This document shows, in pieces, positions 27,001-36,175 of a DNA stretch of 42,277 bases (positions are counted from its first letter, which is position 1; each line of letters starts with the position of its first letter). Source of the stretch: a virus; UHGV virus genome UHGV-0200773. One strand, given 5' to 3'. Below the pieces are notes generated by a model that saw nothing but the letters and a program-made list of their open reading frames with translations, searched no databases and had not been told where the DNA came from. The translations under genes were made by a program, and so were the position numbers.

Positions 27001-30000
27001 CGGGACAAAGTCAAATGCGGAAGCCAGTTGAAGCACCGGAGTCTGCACAAGTGCCGGGACGTGTTTCTTGTCGGTCGGACCTGTGAGCATATCCATAAGG
27101 CTCTTGACCGGTGTCTTCAGCATCCGCAGCTCGTCCTTTCTCTTCTGCTGCTCACGAATAGATGCTACAGTCCTTGCGTTCTTCGCCCGAAGTCTTGTAA
27201 CCTGCTTGGACACAGTTTCGGATCTGCCGCCGCTCTGTCTTACCTTGGAAAGCTCTTCCTCGTATCTCTTCTGATACTCCTGCTTGATCTTCTTCCTGTA
27301 CTCCGCGTTGCTTGCAGCCATCCGCCTAGCCTGATCGAGGAGCTCCTGCTTCTGCTTTGCTTTCAGCTTCAGCTTCTCCTGCCCGGCAGAGTACTGGTAG
27401 TATCTCGCCACGATCTCCATGGCAACATCCTGTGCCGCCTGCGTTGCGTCCTCGCCGAAGGCGTTCTGGTACTCCGGCTTCATGGCGTTGTAGGCATCCA
27501 CAAGCGCAAGAGGCATGTCATTCGATGATGTGTCCATGTCGAGGACGTATCCGGTCTCCTGAACAAGGGTGTTCCACACGCCATCCAGTGATACGCCGGA
27601 TCCATCTCTCGTAAACTTCACGCCGGGAATCGCTTTCCGGAAGTTTCCCCAGGAGCCGAATGCAGAAATAACTTCCGCCTCCTGTTTGGAATCCAAATTG
27701 TAGGTCACACCCTGCAGCGCATTCTTAAACTGCTTAAACTCGTCTGCGCCAACCTTTGTTACAGATCCATCGATGACAGGAGAGGCAACCTCAGATATTA
27801 CCGTTGCAAGGTCGTCGTAGTCGATGTAGTTCTGCCCCTGCGCATACCGGAACACCTTTGCAAGGTTCTCCGCCAGCTCATTCACATCAATGTTACTGTG
27901 ATATTGCTCTTTGATCTCTCGCGCAATCCTCCGCACGGCAGTCTTATCAATATCGCTGTGCTTCAGAATTTCATTTCCGGAGCGCAGCACCTCAATCAGG
28001 CTCTTCTTCGTGTCGTAGTAATCGCTCCAAAGCTCCCGATCGGTTACGTAATCATCAATGCCGATGTCTCTCCTGATGTCGGAATCATCTGTTGGTGTTT
28101 TGTTATCCACGTTTTTGATCTGGTTCTTATCCCGGACAGTATAAGAAATTCCTCTCCATTTGGTCCCGCCATTTCCATTCGGAACGCTTCCTTCGTCAAG
28201 AAGAACTGCATCATAATCCAGATCGTTATCATCAATGAAATCCCAGATATCGTATCCGTCTGTCCAGTCCAGAAGCCCACGGTCTGTCAGAGGCGTTCTG
28301 GAATATTTACCGAAAAACTCCTGTTCCCACACCTTCCTTACTTTGGGATCCCTTGTGTCGAACGGCTTTTTCGCATTCAGGTATACTTCATAGACCTTGT
28401 GTTCCGGATCATGAGTATAATTTACCCGGCTGTTCCCACTGCTTGCGCGAGCGTACTCCTCGGCGTAGTCACGATTGGCAGTAAAGTAAGAAATATCCGG
28501 CTTAAATACCGTGAAGCCGCCCTGTGGCGTTCCGTGATACATCACAAGGAGCCGTCCGTACTCATCTCTCAACTTGGAATCCTTAAAAAACTCCTGCTGC
28601 CCCTCTGACAGATTCCGTCCTTCGCTGTCTTGGACAGAGCGGGAGAATCTGACATCCTGCAGATTCTCGATCACCTGATGTCTTGCGTCCTCGTTCCCGG
28701 CCTCATAAGTCTGGAAAGGAATCCCGTTCTTGTTCAGCGCCTTTGTCTGCTCATTCGTGATCGTATTCGGAGCAACAACCATTGCAATTTCATCCAGACC
28801 AACCGCACGCTGAGGCTTCGCTTCGAAGTATTCTGTCGGCATCTCGCTGATCTTATGTATCAGATTTAAGATGTCGTTTCCGACACCTTCATATACATTC
28901 ATTCCATAGGATTTCAGGACTTTCTCAATCCCTGCTGCGGTCTTTCTGGTTCTTACAGCGTCAAGAATGGCGTTTGCAGCATTGTCTGCCTGAATAAAGG
29001 AGTTGTCTCCGGTCCTCATAATCCGGTGCGCAATCTTTCCAATCTGGTCGATGTACTCACCTTCCATTTTTTTGTATTCGTCCTGATCCATGGTGCGGAG
29101 CATCCCCTCGTTCTGATGCATTTCATCCACGGAACTAAAATTCTTGATGGCCTCCTCTCGAACAGCGGATGCTCCGCCAAACGTACCAACTGCCTTTGTC
29201 CCCGCTTCATTCATGGCACGGACGATGTTTTCAAGCGTAACGGCATAGTGCGTCTGTCTGAAACTCTTGCGGTTCCCGGATGCTGTGAACGGATCCTTCC
29301 CGTTGTAAATTCCTTCATCCCGGATAAGGCCGTCATAAGTTTCGCGAAGCCATGCGTCATATCCTTCCGGATCCACCTTTCTGTCGATCTGCTTCTCAAT
29401 CGCAGCCGTGTCTCTTTCATTCTCTGTGTGAGACTCGTTTCCGTTGTTGTAGTAGTCGATTGCGTTTGTGATGTCGTCGATGACATTATGTGCGAAGAAT
29501 GCCTTCTCATTGGCTCTCTTCACACGGCCTGTCCATCTCTTCTTCTGATCCTCCGGGACCGTCTCCGCGTATGCTTCATATGCCTGCTGGATCCGGTCTC
29601 CGTACTTCCGCAGCATATCGCGCACGGAAAGCGTGCTTCGATCTTTCAGGAACTCATCCTCAACCGGAGCAATTGCTTCCTCCATCTTGTCAAAGCGGTT
29701 CGCCTTTTCATCGTCATACTTCCTGACTTCCTTCTGGCGCACCTGATCTTCGATGGTCTCTCCCTTTGATGCAAGATAAGCAGCCTTCATGCCGTAATTG
29801 TCTTTGGCCTTTTCGACAACAGCATCCACCCCGCCTTCCTCTGCCGTAGAGCTCATACCCGGAGTATTGAATTTTTTCGCTTCCACTCTCAGATATTCCG
29901 GCACTTTCCCCTTCATCGCATCATCAACAGAGTGCATTACGCTGTAGTACTTATCTTCATTGACATCGTATTCAATGCCTGGGAAAGTAGGAGTCCATGC

Positions 30001-33000
30001 ATCACCGCCATACACCTTGTTTGCCGAGGATCGCTCCGGATCGATCGTATCGCGATTGAAGATTACAGAAACATCGCCATACCTTGTGTGCTGCATGGCG
30101 CTCCGAATGATTGCAATCGAATGTGACGGGAATCCGCCCATGTTGATATCCTTCATAAGCTGATCCATCGTAAGGTTGTGAACAGCAATGAAGTCCTCCG
30201 TCTTCTCGATCTTCTCGTCTCCGGTCAGGTCCTTCTTCTCTTTGGTGTCGGAAATCTCGTCCTGTACCTCCTGAATTTGCTTGCTCATCCGAGCGTCTTG
30301 TGATAAATTGTCATTAGACACATTTTGCCGGAGCGCGTTTTGGACGTCCAGGACAGGGCCTTTGTTGGTATTGGCCACTACGGGAGATGTGTCTTTTTTG
30401 TTGATATACGCCGTTACAACGCCCAAGGTCTTCTTGTTGCTGTTGGGAACAGCTTCCACCACATAGTAATAACCATTCCCAATTTTCGACTGAATTACAA
30501 CCTTCTGGCTTGGCTTATTATCGCTGTCTTTGTATTCTCTGCTTCCTTTTTCGTCGCTGGGCCACACTTTTTCTGCATGATCGACAGCATATCCAATCCT
30601 TCCAATGTCTTCGTAATTGCTCATGCTGTGGTCCGCAGTTCCTTTTTCCCCGTGGCGTTTCAAAATATGTTTGATCCCGTTCACGGAAATTGTGTTGCTG
30701 TAATCATCCACTGAGAATCCAACAATATCTTCGATTTTCTCTGCCAGTTTTGCCGGGATATGCTCGTTTATTACAAGCGAAGATGCGCCGTCATATGTAC
30801 CGTTGCTCACTTCCTTGGCCATTTCGGCAAGGTCTTCATCCGTCGAGATTTCATAGGCATGACGAACATCAGAATCAGTTCCAGTGGTCTGCTGATTCTG
30901 TGTCTGGGCCGCGGAGTAATTCTTCTCTGCGTTCGCGATGGACCGTGCAATGGAATCCTGCAGCTCTTCGTAATTCTGCAGATTTGCCTCTGCCATTTTC
31001 CGCTGATAAGAGTTCGGATTCAGGTCCGACAGGAAGTTCTTGATGGACTCCACCATGTGTCCAACCCAATCGGCCAGCTTCTGCTTGATGCTCTTTGCTT
31101 CCTTATAGCCATGGTTCTGATCAATCTGATCCATCAGCTTGTTCATTCCTTTTTCGTTGCCAAGGAACTGATAGATGAGATCGTTTGCCATTTCCTTATC
31201 TACATCAGCATCCGTTTTTCCCTCTTCGCCAAGGTATGCGTTCACATACTTCTGCCGGATATTATTGAATGCTCTTGTTCCGAGAACGTCCTGCGAAGCT
31301 TTCATGATGTCGCTCACGACCCCGGCATATTCTTTCTGATTCCAGACAGAGGCAAACTCGCCTACTTCATGGAAAAGAGTAGACGCTGCGTTTTCCGCAC
31401 GTTCAGAATTGATGTAGATCGTAGAATTCCCGGACTTATAGTATCCATTCTCACCTTCACGGAAATTCTGATCTGTGAGCACAACATTTAAGCCTGTCAT
31501 TTTTGCCACTGCCTGCATGACAGACGCTCCGCTGAATGCTTCGCTGGTATTGGATCTTGCATCTGTAAATGTGCCTGTGCCGAAGGATTTCACGCCTGTC
31601 TTTTCAGACATGGAACGTGCAGCCTCCTTCACAGCATCGTTGACCGACACCTGCAGACCGGCTGCATATGCCTTCTTGGCAAGATCTTCGCCAACAATAG
31701 ACACTGAAGATCCTGCCTTCTTGAGGTAGTTCTCATAAGACATGCCGGTTCTGCCTGCGTTGATTGCAGAGGACATCACGTCATTGTACGCGGATGCATT
31801 CATCCCATCCTTATAGTTGGCCTCAATGATGGTCCTTGCCCCGTCCGTAATCTGCTTTGCCGCTGTTCTCTTTACAGAGTCTCTTGCTTCAAGCGTCTGC
31901 CGTGCACGGTCCTCAATAGCCTGTTTCTGGCCGTCGTTGTAAGCGATCTTCACGTTTGCAGGCACGTTCTCGCTGATCTCCTGTCCGGAGTATCCTGCCG
32001 CATAGGCATCCTCTGTAGAGATCTTCGCGGATTCGATTTCTTCTGCAGAAATGCCACGCTTCTGAAGCATGCCGGATACGATCTGAAGATCGCTGTCCGC
32101 ACGTTCCCTTGTCTCTTCATTGGTGGAGTGAACCGCCTCCTGATATGCGTTCCGGAGCTCCTCGCCGTTCTGAGCCGCTGCCATCTTTGCATACGCGTCG
32201 TTCGGCTCAATATCTGTAGACTGCGTGCGATGCTCCTCCGGGACGTTCTGCGGCTCCACCATTGCAGTTTTCTGCGTGTCCGCAGATTCTGTCGTGTTCG
32301 TCTGTTCCGCCGCCTGCTGGCCCTCTGTGGCCTCATTTCGGCCAAAGAAACTGCCTACCTTATTCTTGATTCCTTCAATTTTATCCTTACGGTTTTCCTT
32401 TTCTTCTGATTCAGCGGCAGCCTCCATCTCCGTGTTCTGCATGTCCTGATAATATTCATAGAGCTCTCGCTTCTGTCTTGGCGTTGCATTATCTTCCTGC
32501 GCCATTTTTTCAGCAAGGCTCTTTGCCATTTCTGCAGACTGTGCCGTAGAAGCATTCTTATAATGCGTCGGATCCGTGTCCAGTCCCTCCGCCCACTGTG
32601 CATAGTCTTCCTTCGTATACCCGTCGAACATGGTTTTCGAATTGTATGCATCGTTTGCATAGCCTGACGCAGTAGCAATACCTGCTCCCATTGCACCGGA
32701 CAGAGCGCCAGTTACGAAAGAATTTGCGGTATCTGCCAGAGTATCCTTCGTAGCCTGCTTCTTTGCTTCTTCTCTCGACATTCCCTGTTTCATGTAGTCA
32801 CGAACAGACTGGTTGTATTCAGAATTCTTCCCGTTGAGTGCAGCATCAATAAAGTTGTCTGCGATATCACCGACAACTTCTTCTGATCCTTCGATTCCAG
32901 AACTTACAAGGAAATCAATAATCTTCTTTCTCGCAGTCGCATTGTGATTTTTAAAGATATCCCAGAACTTATCTGCAGATGCAATCTCCGTTGCGACTTC

Positions 33001-34605
33001 CACGCCTGCACTTGCAAGAGCGTTCGCCATCGCTTTCCCCTGCGACTGATTTTTATCTGCCACATTCTGGCTGATGGACGATGCGTAAGCATTTGCGCCA
33101 AACGGAGCAAGGGAAAGAGCGCTTCTTGCCACTCTTGCCCCGAGACCGGCCCCATCCACTGCTCCTCCGAGTGTTCCAGTCTCTGCAGATTCTATTGTTG
33201 ACATTCCTGCACCATACAGAATGCCGAGAACCTTGCTCTTATTATTCAATGCCTCCTGAGTCGAAGACTGGTAATCCGTAGTTGCATTCGATGCTCCGAA
33301 TGCCACAGAGTTTACGTTCATCGGGGACTTCTTATCCCGATATCCGCCGCCGTAATACTTTGCGGTTTCTCCGATTGCTCCGATTCCTGCATACGGATTC
33401 AGGGTAAGAGCCGTTGCTGTGTTTTTGATCCCGCCGAGAATATTCTTAGCAGTGCTGCCCTGATGCACATTGTTGTAAGCTTCCTGCTTCTGCTGCTGCC
33501 GGTTGCTGTAATCATCGAGTTCCTGCCCGTAATAGACGAGATCATCGATATCATTGTCGTTCAGCCCATACTTCTTCTTGAGTGACTCACGGAAGGAATC
33601 TGCATTCTTCTGTGCCTGCTCTCCGAAATCGGTCTGAATATTACTGGCAGATTCCGCAAGGCCGGAGCTTCTCTGCATCTTCGCCTCAGATGCCATAGAG
33701 CTGTATTTACTGATATCTGATCTGAGGGAATCGCTGTTGTTCTTCCCCTTGGTTTTGAACATGTTCTCTGCATAATCAAGTTCCTGAGAATATGTCCGCT
33801 TTCCGCTCTTGCTTGCCTCTTCCTCAGCCTCTTTTTCAGCCTGCTCCTGATCGTTCATGCCCTGCCACGTGCTGTACGTAGCATCATCAATGCCATATTT
33901 TTTCTTGAACTGGTCAGCAAGATTCTGCGCTTCCTGCTGGCTCTGTTTTGTCTTGCCGGTGATTCCGTTCAGAATTCCACTCGTGCTCTGTGTTTCCCCG
34001 ATCTGAGAGAGCTCCTTCTTCTGCTCATCAGTGATTCCGGAATATGAATCCTGTGCAGCGAGAGCCTGCTGAGCACGATACGCCTTATACCCTGCCATCA
34101 GGTTCTTATATGCCTCATCGTCCACAGAGTTGTCCTTCTTGAACTGGTTTGCCATATAATCGGATGTTGTATAGCCTCTGTATCGATCTCCTACAGACGG
34201 AGTCATAGACTGTGCTGTGTAAATATTCTCAAGTGCCGACTTTTGTGCCGAGCTTGCATTACGATACATGTTGGATGCATCGATATCACCCTGAGTGAAC
34301 CCGTTCTGCAGGAGCCGGTTATTCCGCTGTTCCTCCATTTCCCTCTGATACTGCAGATATTTCTGCTGTGCCTGCAGGTTTTTCATGGCCTCACGGCCAG
34401 CAATTGCAGCGGCATCTGGACCGTTCTGCGCAATATCGGCATATCTCTGATTTACCTGTGCAGCACGAATAGACTGCTCCTCCTCAGAAGGAACAGCCCA
34501 CGGCTCATAAGTAAAGCTTTCGCCTTCTTTTTTTCTGCGCTTTTCAATGTCGTCCCTAGCCGAATTGATTGCCTTAAATGCTCTTGTTGCTGCCGAATAT
34601 GCCAT
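24067..34605 (-). CDS. Giant internal virion/ejection polyvalent protein
   Basis: 3512 aa; GSEE hydrophobic region, HEVGE zincin-like motif, PBECR-like KHILKRHG, ART-PolyVal-like YHGT..YFT..YLNAKKP. Confidence 0.85.
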   Translation of the reverse strand: MAYSAATRAFKAINSARDDIEKRRKKEGESFTYEPWAVPSEEEQSIRAAQVNQRYADIAQNGPDAAAIAGREAMKNLQAQQKYLQYQREMEEQRNNRLLQNGFTQGDIDASNMYRNASSAQKSALENIYTAQSMTPSVGDRYRGYTTSDYMANQFKKDNSVDDEAYKNLMAGYKAYRAQQALAAQDSYSGITDEQKKELSQIGETQSTSGILNGITGKTKQSQQEAQNLADQFKKKYGIDDATYSTWQGMNDQEQAEKEAEEEASKSGKRTYSQELDYAENMFKTKGKNNSDSLRSDISKYSSMASEAKMQRSSGLAESASNIQTDFGEQAQKNADSFRESLKKKYGLNDNDIDDLVYYGQELDDYSNRQQQKQEAYNNVHQGSTAKNILGGIKNTATALTLNPYAGIGAIGETAKYYGGGYRDKKSPMNVNSVAFGASNATTDYQSSTQEALNNKSKVLGILYGAGMSTIESAETGTLGGAVDGAGLGARVARSALSLAPFGANAYASSISQNVADKNQSQGKAMANALASAGVEVATEIASADKFWDIFKNHNATARKKIIDFLVSSGIEGSEEVVGDIADNFIDAALNGKNSEYNQSVRDYMKQGMSREEAKKQATKDTLADTANSFVTGALSGAMGAGIATASGYANDAYNSKTMFDGYTKEDYAQWAEGLDTDPTHYKNASTAQSAEMAKSLAEKMAQEDNATPRQKRELYEYYQDMQNTEMEAAAESEEKENRKDKIEGIKNKVGSFFGRNEATEGQQAAEQTNTTESADTQKTAMVEPQNVPEEHRTQSTDIEPNDAYAKMAAAQNGEELRNAYQEAVHSTNEETRERADSDLQIVSGMLQKRGISAEEIESAKISTEDAYAAGYSGQEISENVPANVKIAYNDGQKQAIEDRARQTLEARDSVKRTAAKQITDGARTIIEANYKDGMNASAYNDVMSSAINAGRTGMSYENYLKKAGSSVSIVGEDLAKKAYAAGLQVSVNDAVKEAARSMSEKTGVKSFGTGTFTDARSNTSEAFSGASVMQAVAKMTGLNVVLTDQNFREGENGYYKSGNSTIYINSERAENAASTLFHEVGEFASVWNQKEYAGVVSDIMKASQDVLGTRAFNNIRQKYVNAYLGEEGKTDADVDKEMANDLIYQFLGNEKGMNKLMDQIDQNHGYKEAKSIKQKLADWVGHMVESIKNFLSDLNPNSYQRKMAEANLQNYEELQDSIARSIANAEKNYSAAQTQNQQTTGTDSDVRHAYEISTDEDLAEMAKEVSNGTYDGASSLVINEHIPAKLAEKIEDIVGFSVDDYSNTISVNGIKHILKRHGEKGTADHSMSNYEDIGRIGYAVDHAEKVWPSDEKGSREYKDSDNKPSQKVVIQSKIGNGYYYVVEAVPNSNKKTLGVVTAYINKKDTSPVVANTNKGPVLDVQNALRQNVSNDNLSQDARMSKQIQEVQDEISDTKEKKDLTGDEKIEKTEDFIAVHNLTMDQLMKDINMGGFPSHSIAIIRSAMQHTRYGDVSVIFNRDTIDPERSSANKVYGGDAWTPTFPGIEYDVNEDKYYSVMHSVDDAMKGKVPEYLRVEAKKFNTPGMSSTAEEGGVDAVVEKAKDNYGMKAAYLASKGETIEDQVRQKEVRKYDDEKANRFDKMEEAIAPVEDEFLKDRSTLSVRDMLRKYGDRIQQAYEAYAETVPEDQKKRWTGRVKRANEKAFFAHNVIDDITNAIDYYNNGNESHTENERDTAAIEKQIDRKVDPEGYDAWLRETYDGLIRDEGIYNGKDPFTASGNRKSFRQTHYAVTLENIVRAMNEAGTKAVGTFGGASAVREEAIKNFSSVDEMHQNEGMLRTMDQDEYKKMEGEYIDQIGKIAHRIMRTGDNSFIQADNAANAILDAVRTRKTAAGIEKVLKSYGMNVYEGVGNDILNLIHKISEMPTEYFEAKPQRAVGLDEIAMVVAPNTITNEQTKALNKNGIPFQTYEAGNEDARHQVIENLQDVRFSRSVQDSEGRNLSEGQQEFFKDSKLRDEYGRLLVMYHGTPQGGFTVFKPDISYFTANRDYAEEYARASSGNSRVNYTHDPEHKVYEVYLNAKKPFDTRDPKVRKVWEQEFFGKYSRTPLTDRGLLDWTDGYDIWDFIDDNDLDYDAVLLDEGSVPNGNGGTKWRGISYTVRDKNQIKNVDNKTPTDDSDIRRDIGIDDYVTDRELWSDYYDTKKSLIEVLRSGNEILKHSDIDKTAVRRIAREIKEQYHSNIDVNELAENLAKVFRYAQGQNYIDYDDLATVISEVASPVIDGSVTKVGADEFKQFKNALQGVTYNLDSKQEAEVISAFGSWGNFRKAIPGVKFTRDGSGVSLDGVWNTLVQETGYVLDMDTSSNDMPLALVDAYNAMKPEYQNAFGEDATQAAQDVAMEIVARYYQYSAGQEKLKLKAKQKQELLDQARRMAASNAEYRKKIKQEYQKRYEEELSKVRQSGGRSETVSKQVTRLRAKNARTVASIREQQKRKDELRMLKTPVKSLMDMLTGPTDKKHVPALVQTPVLQLASAFDFVPQTVRETADGKFSIRILESRDINADGSYSYKWRTIHTDSRADAIAQYKKAMEENGLGSAENKSWQENLRAIQDLYQQDEGDDWFERSELKQGLDKELGEKLGEILRKNQGTISIAQLSSDELKTLNAVVRNVLHSINQMNRMYSQPSQQVSDIAHMAMDRTTSGVKGRREHFKPVASLVNTLTLDHAVAETYFHGIFGGEETDPITKTLYRAEDQKSRDIHQAQDYMTDVCNRLATEKEMENWMKETKNYYGLDLTTTQIMSLYELSKRPDAQQHKIGGFVADESNREKVSGQRIPVHLTNEQIKEITDTLTPQQKQMADAMQHYLAHQCAEQGNETCMQLYGYEKFVDEHYFPMTTDKNTIATRDSNVTQGAINAIKNSGFTKDITPEADNPLVLRDIFMVYADHVAQMATYHAWAAPLQDLIRFFNYNEKAYVEREDGQKFAFRNSVKDAIDYFYGKKGQEYFVKLISSINDREKSSFVGGDFYDMLTGHAKTAATLGNGRVIAQQPTAIFRAGEMISYEYLYAGIVGKYRKEAAELRDRTSDIFWLKNQGNIDGYITQSLVSTITGVKTTREKILDFAGKLASKADEITWAAMYRAVYAEQVDKLGKEKIGTKEFEDAVNDRYSDIVRRTQVYDSVITRSQFMRSPDKANRMMSAFMAEPVKTYNMILRDMIDISQATDERQVKKAVAHLARITAPALLITHVANAVAQSFMDAFRSAGDPDDEDKDFLRRFMDAMGFGNWLDEDASFGDKLEEFLSGNLVDNMDLLSNIPMVAQYWDATKEGVKSVLGESTYSSDSDLSMSGVKNFFKAVKAIVNPGEKMTTYGKVAALTRAFSDLSGYPLYAAQRDVVAIYNTLLGRTFEQLPVLQKTTKYTPKRQAKLDVYTAALESGGDYKKAVEDAVAQGNDYKAISSGISDTYKDTYLALKETNPNEAIKMKNRLVTLYVYLSDKAGTNKDKTTSEKTKYYSDNIDKWK

Positions 34606-34614
34606 ACTATTCTC

Positions 34615-36066
34615 CTATTTATTATTCGAATATTTCTTCACAAGGTTCTGGAAGGTCGTTGTGTCAGTCTTGATTCCGTTTCTGTTGGCAAGGCTTGCAA
34701 GCTCATACGAGTTCTTGTTCGTTGCGGCCCATCTTGCGAGAGTGTCAAACTGCTGATCACGGTCCATTTCGCTGAATCTGTCCAAATCATTCGTAGACAG
34801 GTGATTGCCATCCGCAGACGTTGCTCCATAATTTGATCTCACCGTTGAACTGTATGTGTTCTTGGCAGGAGTTGCGACCTTCGTGGACGATCCCGATCCG
34901 CTGTCAGAAGAGGAGTTGGTAGAGCTGTTTGTTTTGCTCCACCCGGTTGTGTTGCTCCAGTTATTCGAGACGCTGTTGTTCGCAGTCGCACTGTTCGACA
35001 GGCTATTCGCCCAGTTCGTGCTGTCCGTGTGGCTGTTGGTGTCACTCCAGCTCTTCGTATCGGTCGAGCTGTGGCTCCAATTCTTGCTGTCCGTCTGGCT
35101 CTTGTTCCATCCCTGCTGCTGACTGTTCGCCCAGTTCGTGCTGCCGGTATTGGATGCGTTCGACTGCTCTGCATTCCTTTCGTTCCAGTACTCCTGATTC
35201 CAGTAGTTCCGGTCGCTCTGGTACTTGCTGTAGTCAAAATTCCGCTCGGTATCATAAGCAGACTGGTCAAAGCTACGGTCTTGCTGCCAGTCAGAGACAT
35301 TGTTCCGGTACTGCTGATACTCGTTGTTGTAGGCAGTATTCGTGAGGTTGTACTTGTCCTTGAGATCCTCGCCCTCTGCTTTCCATTCCTGATATGCCTG
35401 ATTACGGAGCTCCGGGATCACGTTATTAAGCTGCTGCAGGTAGTTCTGGTACTGCTGCTGAGCTGCTGTCTGAGCATAGGAAGATCCGTACCCGCCAGTC
35501 AGCTTTGCAGCCTGCCCCATCGTGTCCTGCATCGCAGTTCTCCCCTGCTGTCTATACTGGTCACGATACATTCGGTACATCGGATCCTCGTTGAAGTTGT
35601 ACTTGAAGGGATCTCGCCCCATGAGGGAGTTGTACAGATTCTCCAATTTGTCCTGATAGGATGACTGGAAAGGACCCGGCTTGTTATTCAGCGTATTCTG
35701 GAGCCGGTCATACGTCTGCTGTACCTGTGGGGACTGCTGCCATTCCTTTGAGTACTTGTCGCGGTTTGCCAATGTGTTCTTGTCAACCGTTCCGGAAGCC
35801 CAGGATTTTCCCGCTGTGCTGGAATTTGATCCGCCCTGCGTCTGGCTTGTGGATCCACTCTCCCCGTAGGTTTCAGAGTGGGATCCTCCGACCGTACTCG
35901 TTTCGGAGTGGGATCCTCCTTCCGTATGTGATGTGGTATTGGAAGAGCTTCCGCCCCAAGACTGACCGGAGCTGCTGGTCTGCGAAGTGCTTGCGGACTG
36001 GCTCCCGCCGTTTGTGCTCGACCCGGAAGTAGTAGAAGAATTAGTTTTGCTATTACTTTTCGCCAT
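34615..36066 (-). CDS. Putative ejection/DNA-transfer protein
   Basis: DPMY..Y..GGYGSSYAQTAAQQQY core; S/T/N/G low-complexity flanks. Confidence 0.7.
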   Translation of the reverse strand: MAKSNSKTNSSTTSGSSTNGGSQSASTSQTSSSGQSWGGSSSNTTSHTEGGSHSETSTVGGSHSETYGESGSTSQTQGGSNSSTAGKSWASGTVDKNTLANRDKYSKEWQQSPQVQQTYDRLQNTLNNKPGPFQSSYQDKLENLYNSLMGRDPFKYNFNEDPMYRMYRDQYRQQGRTAMQDTMGQAAKLTGGYGSSYAQTAAQQQYQNYLQQLNNVIPELRNQAYQEWKAEGEDLKDKYNLTNTAYNNEYQQYRNNVSDWQQDRSFDQSAYDTERNFDYSKYQSDRNYWNQEYWNERNAEQSNASNTGSTNWANSQQQGWNKSQTDSKNWSHSSTDTKSWSDTNSHTDSTNWANSLSNSATANNSVSNNWSNTTGWSKTNSSTNSSSDSGSGSSTKVATPAKNTYSSTVRSNYGATSADGNHLSTNDLDRFSEMDRDQQFDTLARWAATNKNSYELASLANRNGIKTDTTTFQNLVKKYSNNK

Positions 36067-36103
36067 CGTTTTCTCCTTGAAAATAAAGACAATTCCTTAG
36101 TTC

Positions 36104-36141
36104 ATTGTGGAGAAATGAGGGCGTAAAAAATAGGGCACCCT
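36104..36141 (-). promoter_or_regulatory. Putative late promoter copy (AGGGTGCCCTAT-N20-CACAAT) upstream of ejection genes
   Basis: Motif at 36130-36141. Confidence 0.7.
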
Positions 36142-36175
36142 CTTCCGAGAGGCCCTATCTTGTATTACGTTAATT

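Noticed and set aside
24889..27528. 438-aa and 395-aa plus-strand ORFs
   Set aside because: Antisense shadows of the giant ejection gene.
24067..34605. Tape measure protein or virion RNA polymerase
   Set aside because: No tail tube/chaperone context and no polymerase motifs recognised; domains fit a polyvalent ejection protein.
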